A stretch of DNA of 64,000 nucleotides from Octopus vulgaris (taxonomy: Eukaryota): assembly GCA_951406725.2 (NCBI GenBank), contig OX597821.1, positions 88,908,001 to 88,972,000 on the forward strand. Reading direction: 5' to 3'. Positions 1-11,306 of the stretch are shown one piece after another. The notes beneath the pieces were generated by a model. It was not told the DNA's origin and made no database searches. It saw only the letters and a list, made by a program, of their open reading frames with translations. A program made the position numbers and the translations under genes. The first letter of the stretch is position 1, and the number at the start of each line of letters is the position of its first letter.

Positions 1-10
1 TGTTTACATC

Positions 11-373
11 GGTTATCCTGACCGATCACCTGATTTGAACCCGTACAATTTTTTTTTCTGTGAGGATACCTGAAATCAGAGGTAGACTCGCATCGGCCCC
101 TATCTATTGCACAATTAAAAGATGGCATTCCTCAAGAAATTGCTGTCATTCCACATGAAATGGCCCGTCGAGTTATGGATAACTTCGTGAACGCCTTCAA
201 CAGTGTAAGGAGAGTAACGGCAACCAATTGACTGATTTCATTTTAAAAAGCAAAAGGAACAAAATGGCATTAGATGTACTTTTCGAAAATATAAGCACAT
301 ATTTTGCCCTTTACTGTATTTTGCTTTTATTAAACCTACAAATACGTCAGATCATTTTGCTGCAGCACGCTGT
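11..373 (+). mobile_element. Tc1/mariner DNA transposon relic (transposase C-terminus plus probable right TIR remnant)
   Basis: Frameshifted translation from 11 reads GYPDRSPDLNPYNFF/L*GYLKSEVDSHRPLSIAQLKDGIPQEIAVIPHEMARRVMDNF/ERLQQCKESNGNQLTDFILK. This matches the WPxRSPDLxPxDFFLWGYLK motif of Tc1/mariner transposases. Ends next to a TA run. Confidence 0.85.
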
Positions 374-555
374 GTTTGTATATATATATATATATATTTA
401 AATGTACGCACACCCACACACACGCATATATCTATATATATACAGAAGGAGAGAGAGAGAGGGAGAGAGAAATGTACAGTTATGATCCGAGGATCAAGGT
501 GTGAGATCTTAGAAAGCTATGAAACATGTAAACTGGATTTAATCTACTCCATTTG

Positions 556-861
<306 letters not shown>

Positions 862-900
862 GGGTGGCTTGTTAGTAATTTTCCAACCGAAGGATTAAAG

Positions 901-1300
901 TATATATGTCACTAAAGTGACTAGGCCCCGGTCACCACTAGTATTGCTAGAAATAAGAGACAAAACACAACTATAACCATGATAAGTACTATCTTAATAA
1001 CTGACAAAGAAGGCAAGCTCCCTCAACGTAGAGCGTAGCCAGATCATCAGTGATTTCGCATTTACATTAATGTTCTTCAGTGGCTCGTATCGGCGCCTAG
1101 GGTTAAACTCAACACGTTTTGTCAGTTTGTAAGACGAGCGCAGAAATCATACGCTGTTCACATAAATGTCGGGTGATGAGGGAGTTTGCCTTCGTTGTCA
1201 GTCATTAAGATACTGCTTATCGTGGCTATGAGTTGTTTTGACTCGTATTTCTAGCAATACTGGTACTGATTAGCACCCTTAGTCGCTTTAGTGACGTATA
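901..1300 (-). mobile_element. Fold-back (long inverted repeat) element carrying a hammerhead ribozyme
   Basis: Arm 901-1025 is an imperfect reverse complement of arm 1177-1300 (roughly 80% by eye). Both ends are in TA runs. The spacer holds an HHR on the minus strand. Confidence 0.85.
1037..1085 (-). ncRNA. Type I hammerhead ribozyme motif
   Basis: Minus strand: AGCCA-CUGAAGA-ACAUU(AAUGUA)AAUGC-GAAA-UCA(CUGA)UGA-UC-UGGCU. Stem I 5 bp, stem II 4 bp, stem III 4 bp, AUC triplet. The only defect is A.C instead of G-C at 10.1/11.1. Confidence 0.8.
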
Positions 1301-1343
1301 TATACATATATACACAAATACCTACTAACTAACTACCTACTTA

Positions 1344-1408
<65 letters not shown>

Positions 1409-1477
1409 CGAAGTAAGCATAAATGTGAAACAAGGTGGAAAAAAGAGTACTCAAATACCAGAGGTAGAGTAATATGC

Positions 1478-1560
1478 TTTATTTAAAAGCAGCAGAATTT
1501 TAACAAAAGCTGTTACTCGGAGTAACAGCTTTTGTTAAATTTCTGCTGCTTTTAAATAAA
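1478..1560. repeat. Near-perfect palindrome within a short insert (1405-1561) in (TA)n
   Basis: 41-bp arms (1478-1518, 1520-1560), 1-nt spacer, one mismatch. Confidence 0.95.
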
Positions 1561-2260
1561 CTATATATATATATATATATACTTACATGCATATACATAT
1601 GTGACACAAGAAATAGGAATTTTAAATTTATGCAGAGATGTTAGGAGCACTCTGTCAAAATACTTACTTGGTTAACCACCTAGAATTTTTGGAGACATTT
1701 AGAATCGTTTAGATGAAAGAATAATTGTAGCACTACTATCAATTAGTAAAACTTGAATTCTCTTCCAATAATTTCGTGTAAAATTCTTGAGTATATTAGT
1801 ATGACAATGAAGAATTGAGAATTTTACGTCTGAAATTAAAATTATTCAGCATATAAAAATTCCTACACGTTTTTCAACGTAAGTGTCGTAGGTCCCTTAT
1901 ATGCGAGAGATCTGTACTTTAAATCAATTAAAATACGAATTCTGCTCGAAATATCGACAGTGTTATACAGCCCTTTTCGAAGTATTATCCATATGGGTGG
2001 ATGAAGTGAATTTCCTATACCAAAGATAAATGCCTAAAATATTATGCGTAGTGAAGAAACGTAAGACTGTGAAGATGGTAATTAAATATGATATTACTAG
2101 AGTTTCAGATACAGTTAAACACGGATTGACTTCTCAAGGGACACTAAGAAAGTAAATTGATAAAATGTTATTTATAATAGAAGCAACTTATTTAAATCAG
2201 AACGATTAATCTCACTGGCCGTTGATACTAAAAGCAATGGTTGATTGTCACAATCCTTTA

Positions 2261-2340
2261 ATCTATGCACAGTGTTGAGATGATAGAGGACCTGTCTAAT
2301 CTATGCACAAAAGTGTTGAGATGATAGAGGACCTGTCTAA
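2261..2340. repeat. Tandem duplication of a ~38-41 bp unit
   Basis: atctatgcaca(aaa)gtgttgagatgatagaggacctgtcta occurs twice, adjacent. Confidence 0.9.
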
Positions 2341-2864
2341 TAGCTGTGATACCGGTGTTTGTGGCAGATTAAGATTACGTTTGTGCTTTCTCACATTCCG
2401 CGATGACACCAATGACATCGCATTGAACTTCAGGAAATCTCAGCAATGTGCCAATGATCATAAATATTCGAAATGCGAACTCTTTCCTTTTGTGAGCTGT
2501 GTTATAAGGACTATGTTATCGAACGAAAGAACCTCGCTATTTTTTATTTTAAGAAGGAAGTATGTGATACAAGGTACATTTGGTTGCTTTGTCTTGCAGA
2601 TCTAGTTAGCTGCTAAAGATTTCCATCATTAGCATGCTGAAGGTAATATTAATTAATGGAGGTTATAGGAATTATGCTACTCACGGTGGTGATGGTAATA
2701 CTCACAGAAAGAAAGAAAAGAGAAAGAAGATAACGATGATGATGATGGACGACGATGACGATGGTGATGATGATGATGATCAAGATCATTATCTTCATCA
2801 CCAATATCGTCACAACTTCCATTGCTACCACCATCACCACTACCACAACAACGATAATAATAAT

Positions 2865-3072
2865 ACTACAGGCACAAGGCCTAAATTTCTTTTAAGCGAA
2901 GGTGTTTAGTCGATTACATTCACTCCAGTGATCAACTGGTTCCTATTTCATCGACTCTGAAAGGATGAAAGGCAAAACAGACTCCGGAGAAATTTCTACT
3001 TAGTACGTAAAGCGGTAAGTAATTCGGCTAAGCATTTTGTGCGACGCAGTTACAATTCTGCTAGCTTTACCG
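2865..3072 (-). mobile_element. Diverged SINE family B copy
   Basis: Reverse complement resembles the gcctttcatcctttcggggtcgat core of the copy at 8353. Confidence 0.7.
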
Positions 3073-3118
3073 AATCCTCCCTGACCCCAAAATGGTGGAA
3101 GGCAAAGTCGTCCCCAGG

Positions 3119-3120
<2 letters not shown>

Positions 3121-3207
<87 letters not shown>
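3121..3207. repeat. (TAA)n microsatellite
   Basis: Directly visible. Confidence 0.98.
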
Positions 3208-3208
<1 letters not shown>

Positions 3209-3210
<2 letters not shown>

Positions 3211-3301
3211 ACCTAGTAAAATACTGGAAAGTACGAAATACAAGATGCTGTGGAATTTTAACCTTCAGTCTTACAGAGTAATAGAAGCTAGAAGGCGTGA
3301 T
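3209..3301 (+). mobile_element. Fragment of R4/Dong-clade LINE restriction-like endonuclease region
   Basis: Translates to EPSKILESTKYKMLWNFNLQSYRVIEARRRD, matching the EPxxVLENxxxKILWDFxIQTDxxIEARRPD motif of R4/Dong elements. Abuts (TAA)n. Confidence 0.8.
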
Positions 3302-3324
3302 ACGTATATATATATATATATATA

Positions 3325-3539
3325 TAGTGTGTGTATGTTTGTGTGTCTATGTGTGTCCCCCAACATAGCTTGACAACCGATGCTGGTGTGTTTACGTCCC
3401 CGTAACATAGCGGTTCGGTCAAAGAGACCGATAGAATATGTAGTAGGCTTACAAAAAATAAGTCCTGGGGTTGATTTGCTTGACTAAAGGCGGTGCTCCA
3501 GCATGGCCATAGTCAAATGACTGAAACAAATAAAAGAGT
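3325..3539 (+). mobile_element. SINE family A, 3' half
   Basis: Matches the 3' part of the full copy at 50448 (gcttgacaaccgatgctggtgtgtttacg...gactgaaaca). Confidence 0.9.
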
Positions 3540-3757
3540 CATAGAGACAGATCTATCCGTGAGGAATGCATTTTCAGCCGTGACAACAGTAACTCTCCAT
3601 TTTCGGGTGCAGTGTATCGAGGACACATTGACCTAACATGCCCCTCCGTTTTAAACAAGCTAATCAGGAAATTTGCCGATGGTTTGGTTGCTTTTTCAAG
3701 CAGTTCCAACGACCAGGTTGAAGTTCCGTCGTTCACTTGTTACAGATAAAAAAAAAG

Positions 3758-3814
3758 ACGATGAGGCTGATGACGTTGAAGAGGACGGTGTCGACGACGA
3801 CGACGACGATGACT

Positions 3815-3847
<33 letters not shown>

Positions 3848-4025
3848 TAAGATGGTGATAATAACAATGATGACGATGAAGATGGTGGTGCTGGTGGTGG
3901 TGGTGATGGGGATGTGGTGGTGATGGTGGTGATGATGATGGTGGTGGTGGTTGTGGTAGTGGTGATTGTGGTGGTGATGGTGGTGGTGGTAGTGGTAGTG
4001 GTGATAGTGGTTGTGATGGTGGTGA
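3758..4025. repeat. Compound (GAC/GAT/GGT)n low-complexity tract
   Basis: Directly visible. Confidence 0.95.
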
Positions 4026-4303
4026 CAGGGATCTTGGTAGTTATGCTTACAAGGATGAGGATTCCCGTGGTGCCTTTTATGGTGATCACGTCTACGGAAC
4101 CTGAACTGAAAATAAAGCCATCAAAGATAAACTCTTTGAGAGGAATCGATAACATTTAATTGCTGTTGTTGTTGCATCATCCCCCGGTGCAATTGTGCAT
4201 TTGAGTATTTTTCTCTTTTTATTGTTGTTATCATTGTTATAGTTTTGCAGGTGTTTTGTACTTCAGATATTTTTCATGTTAAAGGTTTTATTTGTGCACG
4301 CGA

Positions 4304-4343
<40 letters not shown>

Positions 4344-5671
4344 TGCACACGAACCTCACACAGAAACACACTCACACATGTAAGCACTATGCACGCATAC
4401 ACACATACTCATACAGGCACAGCGACTTGCGCATATTAACTCACTGTGACAAAGGTTGATCAAAATCTTATGGAGTGGAGCAGATCTTTTAATGTAAAGG
4501 GCCTTGATGCATATCAAATCTTGATGTGCAAGCAAACACTATAGAGTGACGTTCAACAAAATCATATGCTGTAGTGGGCGGAAGAAGATCTTTTTAATGT
4601 TCTGAGCTCTGTTTCACATTAACTCTTGAAATGCATAAAAACAACCGTATGTAAGAGATAGTCTTTAGGATTTTGTGACGTGTGGCTTGAGATCTTGTAA
4701 TACGTATGAACTTCTGTCCCCATATAACACAAAAAATATTGCAATATGAGGGAAGATGAGTAAGAATGTGAGAGAGTGTGTACATGATAGAAAAACTGCG
4801 GACGAAGATGAACAGATTTAATGTTTGTGATTCTGATACACATTAAGTGTTCTTATGCATTCAAATGTTATATGATAAAAATATAGCGTCGATTTATGAA
4901 GCGACTTTCTTCATATAGCTGAAAAATATTTCCTCAAATTACTCCGACCGCCAATAAGACGTGACTACATTTTCTTGTTTTTCATATTAGTATCATATAA
5001 ATGTATACACACACACACACCACACACACTCTCTCTCCCTCTTTCTCTTTCTCTCTATCTCTCTTTCTCTCTCTCTCTCACACACACACAGACACACAGT
5101 CACACACAAATATATGTTTGTGTGAAAATTTAATATGGTAAGTTCTTTTTTCGGAAACGGCAAGTGAGGGTTGCGCAAATTTCTTACAGACCAACCTGCA
5201 CATATGTGTATTTATTAAATTTAAAGTTGTTACGTTAGTCATATACCACCCGCATTGTAGAATGTAAAACAAACGTATATATCGCCTCGCGCTCACTTTT
5301 TAAAGTAAAGATAAATGTAAAATCGAAAACGGAATCTAGCCTTTCTTGATAAAAATCGAAAACAGAATCTACACTTTTCTGATAAACATCTTCCCAACGA
5401 CTATGTACATAGAAAACTATTTAGCCTACACCATCATGATTTAAGCTAACCTTTTCTACAAATATCATGAATATAATATCTCAAAATTTATTGGGCTTGG
5501 TATGCATATCGACTAAAAACTTTCCTACGAAAGATGTTTTGTAAAACACTTGTCATCATTTATGCTGCCTGGTTTCATCCGAAACTCAACCTTTAGAATC
5601 ACATATGAATATTTATATAAGCATGACTAAACTGACCGTCAAGAAATATAAAAAAACCAGAGCTCTACTAA

Positions 5672-5785
5672 CCTGCGATGGACCGGCGTCCCGTCCAGTT
5701 GGGGAATCTATACATAAATGAAACCAGGAAAGCGGCTCTCGTGAGCCAGGCATGGATCGAGAAAAGACAGACAACAACGAACAAT
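5672..5785 (+). mobile_element. 3' tail fragment of SINE family D1
   Basis: cctgcgatggaccggcgtcccgtccag...gagccaggcatgg matches the tail of the copy at 35813-36126. Confidence 0.75.
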
Positions 5786-6001
5786 AACTTTACAATGTTC
5801 CGGAGTCGATCCCCATAAGTTACATCTTGTTCAATTGTCCGTTTCTATGGCGTCGAATTGAAACTGAAACTGAATAGACTGAAAATTCAAAAAGGCTTGT
5901 CTTATTCATTGTAAATTGAATAAAAAAGAAAACAGATTTGTCGCATATTATGTCGCGCTGCTTCTGCCTCAGAATTACGTTAACGATACACTATCAGCAT
6001 T

Positions 6002-6195
6002 GGCGGTGAGCTGGCAGAATCATTAGCACGTATTTCGTTTGCCGTTACGTTCTGAGTTCAAATTCCACCGAAGTTGACTCTCCTTTTCATATTTTTAGGG
6101 TCGATTAAATAGGTGTCGATGTAATCGACTTAATCCCATGTCTGTTCTTGTTTATCCCCTCTATGTTTAGCCCCTTGTGGGTAATAAAGAAATAA
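6002..6195 (+). mobile_element. SINE family B (internally deleted)
   Basis: ggcggtgagctggcagaatc head and tagccccttgtgggtaataaagaaata tail, as in the 8353 copy. Confidence 0.85.
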
Positions 6196-6803
6196 ATACA
6201 TGTATTAGCAGAATAATCAACTACATACATGTCGATTTAATAATACGTAACGCAGTTGAGCAGAACAACTAAATACTGCTCACCGTTAAACGAAGTTAAT
6301 TCAACATCGAGACTGTACTTTTTCCTTTGTACCTATAACCCTACGTGCACAGGTTTCTTATAACACATCATTTGCATAAAAAAAAGCATTTGTAAATGCC
6401 GAGATCATCAAAAAAGAGCGATGTAGATCACCTGGTTCACATTTTCCGAAATGCGGTCGAAAATGGCATTCTGAAGACATACTCGATTACAAATTCATGG
6501 GCTGAGATCATGGATTACAAATATATAAAATGGACACGTATGTACGGACATACACATAAACCGTAATGAAATACATTTTAATAAATTTGTGTCCTAATGT
6601 AACACGAAGGACCACTACTCGAATGCAAGTTTATCCACTTGCTCTCACACATATAAGCAGATCAAGCAATTTACACAGACACAAATAGCAAATGTTGGTT
6701 TCACTCAACATAAACGAAAGAACATTATCAATTTGTTAGTAACTGACTTAATTTTGGTAGAGGACAACATAGATTCCAGACTAATTTACATGTACATGTA
6801 TAC

Positions 6804-7160
6804 AGGCGTGGTTGTGTGGTAAGATATTTGCTTCCTAAATGCATGATTCTGGGTTCAGTCCGATGAAAGACTTGTGAGTGGATTTAGTAGACGGAAACTG
6901 AAAGAAGCCATTCGTATATGTACGTATAAGTAGGTGTGTGTGGTTGTGCTTCTGTGTTTGTCCCCACCACCACTTCTGAGTCAGTGTTGGTTTGCTTTAA
7001 TGTTTGTAAATTAGCGGTTCGCAAAAGAGACCGATAAAATAAGTACGAGGTTTAAAAAAAATCAAAAAAACCTAAAAGGTAGGATTCGTTTGACTAAAAA
7101 CTCGTGAGGGTGGTGTCCCAGTATGGGCGTAGTCTAACGACTGAATCATGTAATCAATAA
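6804..7160 (+). mobile_element. Diverged SINE family A copy
   Basis: tgtgtggtaag...gggttcagtcc head and gtggatttagtagacggaaactgaaagaagcc body. Confidence 0.8.
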
Positions 7161-7564
7161 AAGAAGCATGCACATATACATACACATGTTCGAGTGTTTG
7201 TGTGTGTACGTACGTGTGCGTGTGTGTGCGCGTGTGTGTGTGTATGTGTGCGTGCGAGTGCGCATGTGTTAATACGCTGGAACGCGGAATTGGTAGTGGT
7301 ATTTCGACAAAACAACCATGCACCTAAATCGTATCGCAAATAGCATATAATTCCATGATGGCCAACCTGACAACAATGTAGTCACTAATCACTGGAAGGG
7401 TTGCATTTGGATGGCCTTATGGAGCGGATATGTGAAAGATGGAAATTTAACGTATTCTGGACTTAGTGAATCTTACGTGTTACACGGAAGACGGTATTTG
7501 GTGCTACGCATAGTGGTTGGATGTCGTAGATTTCGAACTAGATACTTTATACCCTGTTAAGGCT

Positions 7565-7870
7565 CATTGTTTACGGTAATCGGCTTTCGATTGTAAGGTC
7601 GTGAGTTCGATTCCCGGTGGTTCATTATACCTTTGAGCAAGACACATTATTTCACGATGCTCCAGTCCACTCAGCTGGCAAAAATGAGTTGTGGCTGTAA
7701 TGCAAATGGCCGGCCTTGTCAAATTCTGTGCCACGCTTAATCTCTCTGAGAACTACGTTAAGGGTACGCATGTCTGTGGAATGCTCAGCCACTTACACGT
7801 TAATTTCATAGCACGCTCTTCCATTGACTTGATCAACCGGAAGCCTCACCTTCATAACCGACGGAGAACC
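7565..7870 (+). mobile_element. tRNA-derived SINE with CORE-like domain and family-D2 tail
   Basis: B-box gagttcgattccc; CORE-like ttgagcaagacac...cactcagctggcaaaaatgag; tail shared with 57949-58299. Confidence 0.8.
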
Positions 7871-8352
7871 AGTTTTTTATAGTACTTACACTATATCATA
7901 CTACGCTGACTGACATTTAGATAATTCCTAAAAGCATTGTAGCATGAGCTGTACTAGAAAGAAATGAATATGTTAAACGAATATACAACAAAGAAAGAAA
8001 AGCCCCAAAATAGTCTCACACGAATGAACATATATATAATTACCATTAGGCGATTTTTTAAAAACCTTTCCCGAAGCTAACGAGGTTTGAATAAAGCAAG
8101 AATTTATCTTATTTTCTATAGATGTGTCTTTGGTTTCCAAATTCAGGTCACCGCTGCTGGGTTGTTTCCCTTCTTGCGAAGCATTATGTTGCTTCGTTTG
8201 ATTTTATCGTCTCAGTCCAAGGCAGCCACTACGCAGTATCCTTTCGTTTAACTCTATTGTGTTACAGATAAATACATTTGTACGTGGAAGTATCAGTCAC
8301 CATCTTTCACTCTCTCTTTCTCTCGTCCTCTCTCTATATATGTAAATATAGG

Positions 8353-8591
8353 AAGGCGGCGAGCTGGCAGAATCGATAGAACGCCGGGCGAAATGCGTAG
8401 CCGTATTTCGTCTACCGTTATGTTCTGAGTTGAAATTCCGCCGAGGTCAACTTTGCCTTTCATCCTTTCGGGGTCGATAAATTAAGTACCAGTAACGCAC
8501 TGGGGTCGATATAATCGACTTAATCCGTTTGTCTCTCCATGTTTGTCCCCTCTATGTTTAGCCCCTTGCGGGCAATAAAGAAATATATCTT
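8353..8591 (+). mobile_element. SINE family B, full length with TSD (central motif resembles the Meta/Sauria-type SINE domain)
   Basis: Head ggcggcgagctggcagaa, B-box gagttgaaattcc, core gcctttcatcctttcggggtcgataaattaagtaccag. 12-bp direct repeat tgtaaatatagg at 8341-8352 and 8592-8603. Confidence 0.92.
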
Positions 8592-8667
8592 TGTAAATAT
8601 AGGTATATGTATGTAAATATCTGTGTGTGTGTGTATGTGTGTGTGTGTGTGTATGTGTATGTGTGAT

Positions 8668-8995
8668 GAGACTCCCTTCGCAGAGTCGTCTCATCTAGAA
8701 AGTTACCCTCCCACGCACAAGTCCGGGCAAGGTTGTTTGTTTATGGAAGACCAGCAGTCGCCCATGCATACCGACCTCCCCTCTCCACGCCATCGATGTT
8801 ACCCAAGGAAAAGGCAAAGGCCGATACAGTATGGCACCTGTGACACCGCAACACATTTCTATAGTTGAATGAACTGGAGCAACATGAAATAAAGTGTCTT
8901 GCTCAAGAACACAATACGCAGCCCGGTCCGTGATTCGAACTCACAATCTCACGATCGTAAGCTCGACGCTCTAACCACTGAGCCATGCGCCTTCA
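8668..8995 (-). mobile_element. SINE family C (tRNA head + CORE domain + LINE-like tail)
   Basis: Minus strand: tggctcagtggttagagcg A-box, gagttcgaatc B-box, then gtgttcttgagcaagacact...ccagttcattcaactatagaaatg resembling the MIR CORE. Homologous to 39558-39890 and 32494-32824. Confidence 0.9.
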
Positions 8996-9058
8996 CGTAA
9001 ATATAATACAAGAATACACACTCGTGCGCGCATATATATATATATATAAATATATTTA

Positions 9059-9107
<49 letters not shown>

Positions 9108-9997
9108 TTATATTTGAATACACACACATATATATGTATATATATACGCGTGCGCATACACACACATACACGTATGAATCTGTAGAATGGTAGAATTTGA
9201 CATCATTTATTACGATAATATCTTTATTCGCAACGTTCATACTTAATGGAATGCTGAACAAAGCAAATTGAACAACAAAGACAAACAAGAAGTCAGGATG
9301 TGTCAAAGAAGATCTATCTATCTACTCATTAGTCAGTTGCTAATGAAAGTTATTTTTTAAGGGAATTTAGAATAATGTGTAATGGAATTTCGTTGACAAT
9401 TCAAATATTGTATATTATCTCTGTCAAAGGATGATGTCATATAATATATATGCATGTATATATATATATATGAAATATTCTATATATATTTTATAAATGT
9501 ATTATATTATAGACACACATATGTATGTACGTATATATGTGTGCGTGTATGTATTCTTATGTTCTTATATATATATGGGTGTTTGTGTATGTGTCGGTGT
9601 GAAGGATAGTCTGTGTCTTTGTGTGACACAATTCAGAATATATATATAATTGATTGGAAGCTCTCCATTTGTGTATGTCATATATAATGTATACCTAATC
9701 AGTAGAATTGCTTCAACACACATTTGTGCGCGCGCATATATGTATAGGTAAATAGTTAATGGATGTAAAGGTACATACATATTCACGAGTGTGTGCGCAT
9801 ATGCTTATTCGCATACGAACGTGTGTGTACACAAACACTCATGCGTAGATATATAGATGCATTTGTGTGAACATGTGTACTTCTGTGCATGACTATATTG
9901 TCTTTACGTATATTTATAAGTATCTGTGTTTTCATATAATGTTGTGTGTAACAATGTGCATTTCGTGTGGTTGTTTAGCAACGAATATCGTCATATG

Positions 9998-10082
9998 CAT
10001 ATACATACATACATACATACATACATATACATATATATATATATATATATATACATACATATATGTATATATATATATATAC

Positions 10083-10156
<74 letters not shown>

Positions 10157-10186
10157 ATGTATACACACACACACACACACACACAC

Positions 10187-10220
<34 letters not shown>
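9998..10220. repeat. Compound (CATA)n/(TA)n/(CA)n microsatellite
   Basis: Directly visible. Confidence 0.97.
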
Positions 10221-10223
<3 letters not shown>

Positions 10224-10913
10224 CTGTCCATTTCAACTACACCGACATAATCCACGGCTTCACCGCCGTATATATTCATTGCACGACATAGCACTACCGC
10301 AACGTGACGTTCAAATACATATGGAATATACTACTCTACAACTCCACTAGACAGCAAAATAACCCCACTGTTTTCTCTGTTTTCTAGTTTACTTCGAATA
10401 CACTTCTCTATTTTGCTGATACAACACAGTATTTTTTCCAATTCAGAATACTTTTACTGCAGAACAGCATACATACATTACTCAACAATATATCGGTAAT
10501 TCTTCTTAGTATATCTTCACTACAAAAATGTCTACCATTATATGTATTTCATCTCTTTTTCTAACGCACCTTCTCTTCTACTTTCAATTACTTATCCTTT
10601 TACGCTGTGAATTTTTCTCCTTTTCTTACTCTCTCGATTGCTAACACCCTCTTCCTATCTATATACGTTACTTATATTCTCATTCACTAACAAAATCCTT
10701 TGCCCTTCACTCTATCAAACAATGTCTTTATATTTCTGTACTACCCTCACTAGATTTGCTCCTTCTGTGAAATTATCTTCAATTTGGTGCTTCACAGACA
10801 AACGGCTATATGACATGAATATTTCCTTACACAAGTTATTTTGCTAACCGGATCAAAAGATTCAAAATTGGAAAAAAAGAAATTCTTTGGATCTAAATTA
10901 ATATATATACATA

Positions 10914-10999
<86 letters not shown>

Positions 11000-11218
11000 C
11001 TACAATATACAATCGTGAAAGCGCGCACAGACACGCATACATATATTGAATTTCACCATTCACTTCCTCAGAAAATAAATAAATAAATAATTTTCGAAAG
11101 GAGAAAATGAATGAAATATATTTTTGAAAAAAGATAGACAAAAATATAAATTACAAAGCTTTGTATAAAAGAAAAAATATTCAAGGAGCAAAAAGCAAAA
11201 GGCGTACAATAAAAGGTG

Positions 11219-11252
11219 TAATAATGATGATAATAATAATAATAATAATAAT

Positions 11253-11306
<54 letters not shown>
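11219..11306. repeat. (TAA)n microsatellite
   Basis: Directly visible. Confidence 0.97.

Noticed and set aside
2261-2340. CRISPR-like repeat
   Set aside because: Only two adjacent units with no spacers, in a eukaryotic context.
6390-6480. Possible RTE reverse-transcriptase remnant (AEIIK...HIFRNAVENGI)
   Set aside because: Short, needs a frameshift, and has no diagnostic motif.
7300-7530. Possible eroded inverted repeat
   Set aside because: Arms match only in short patches.
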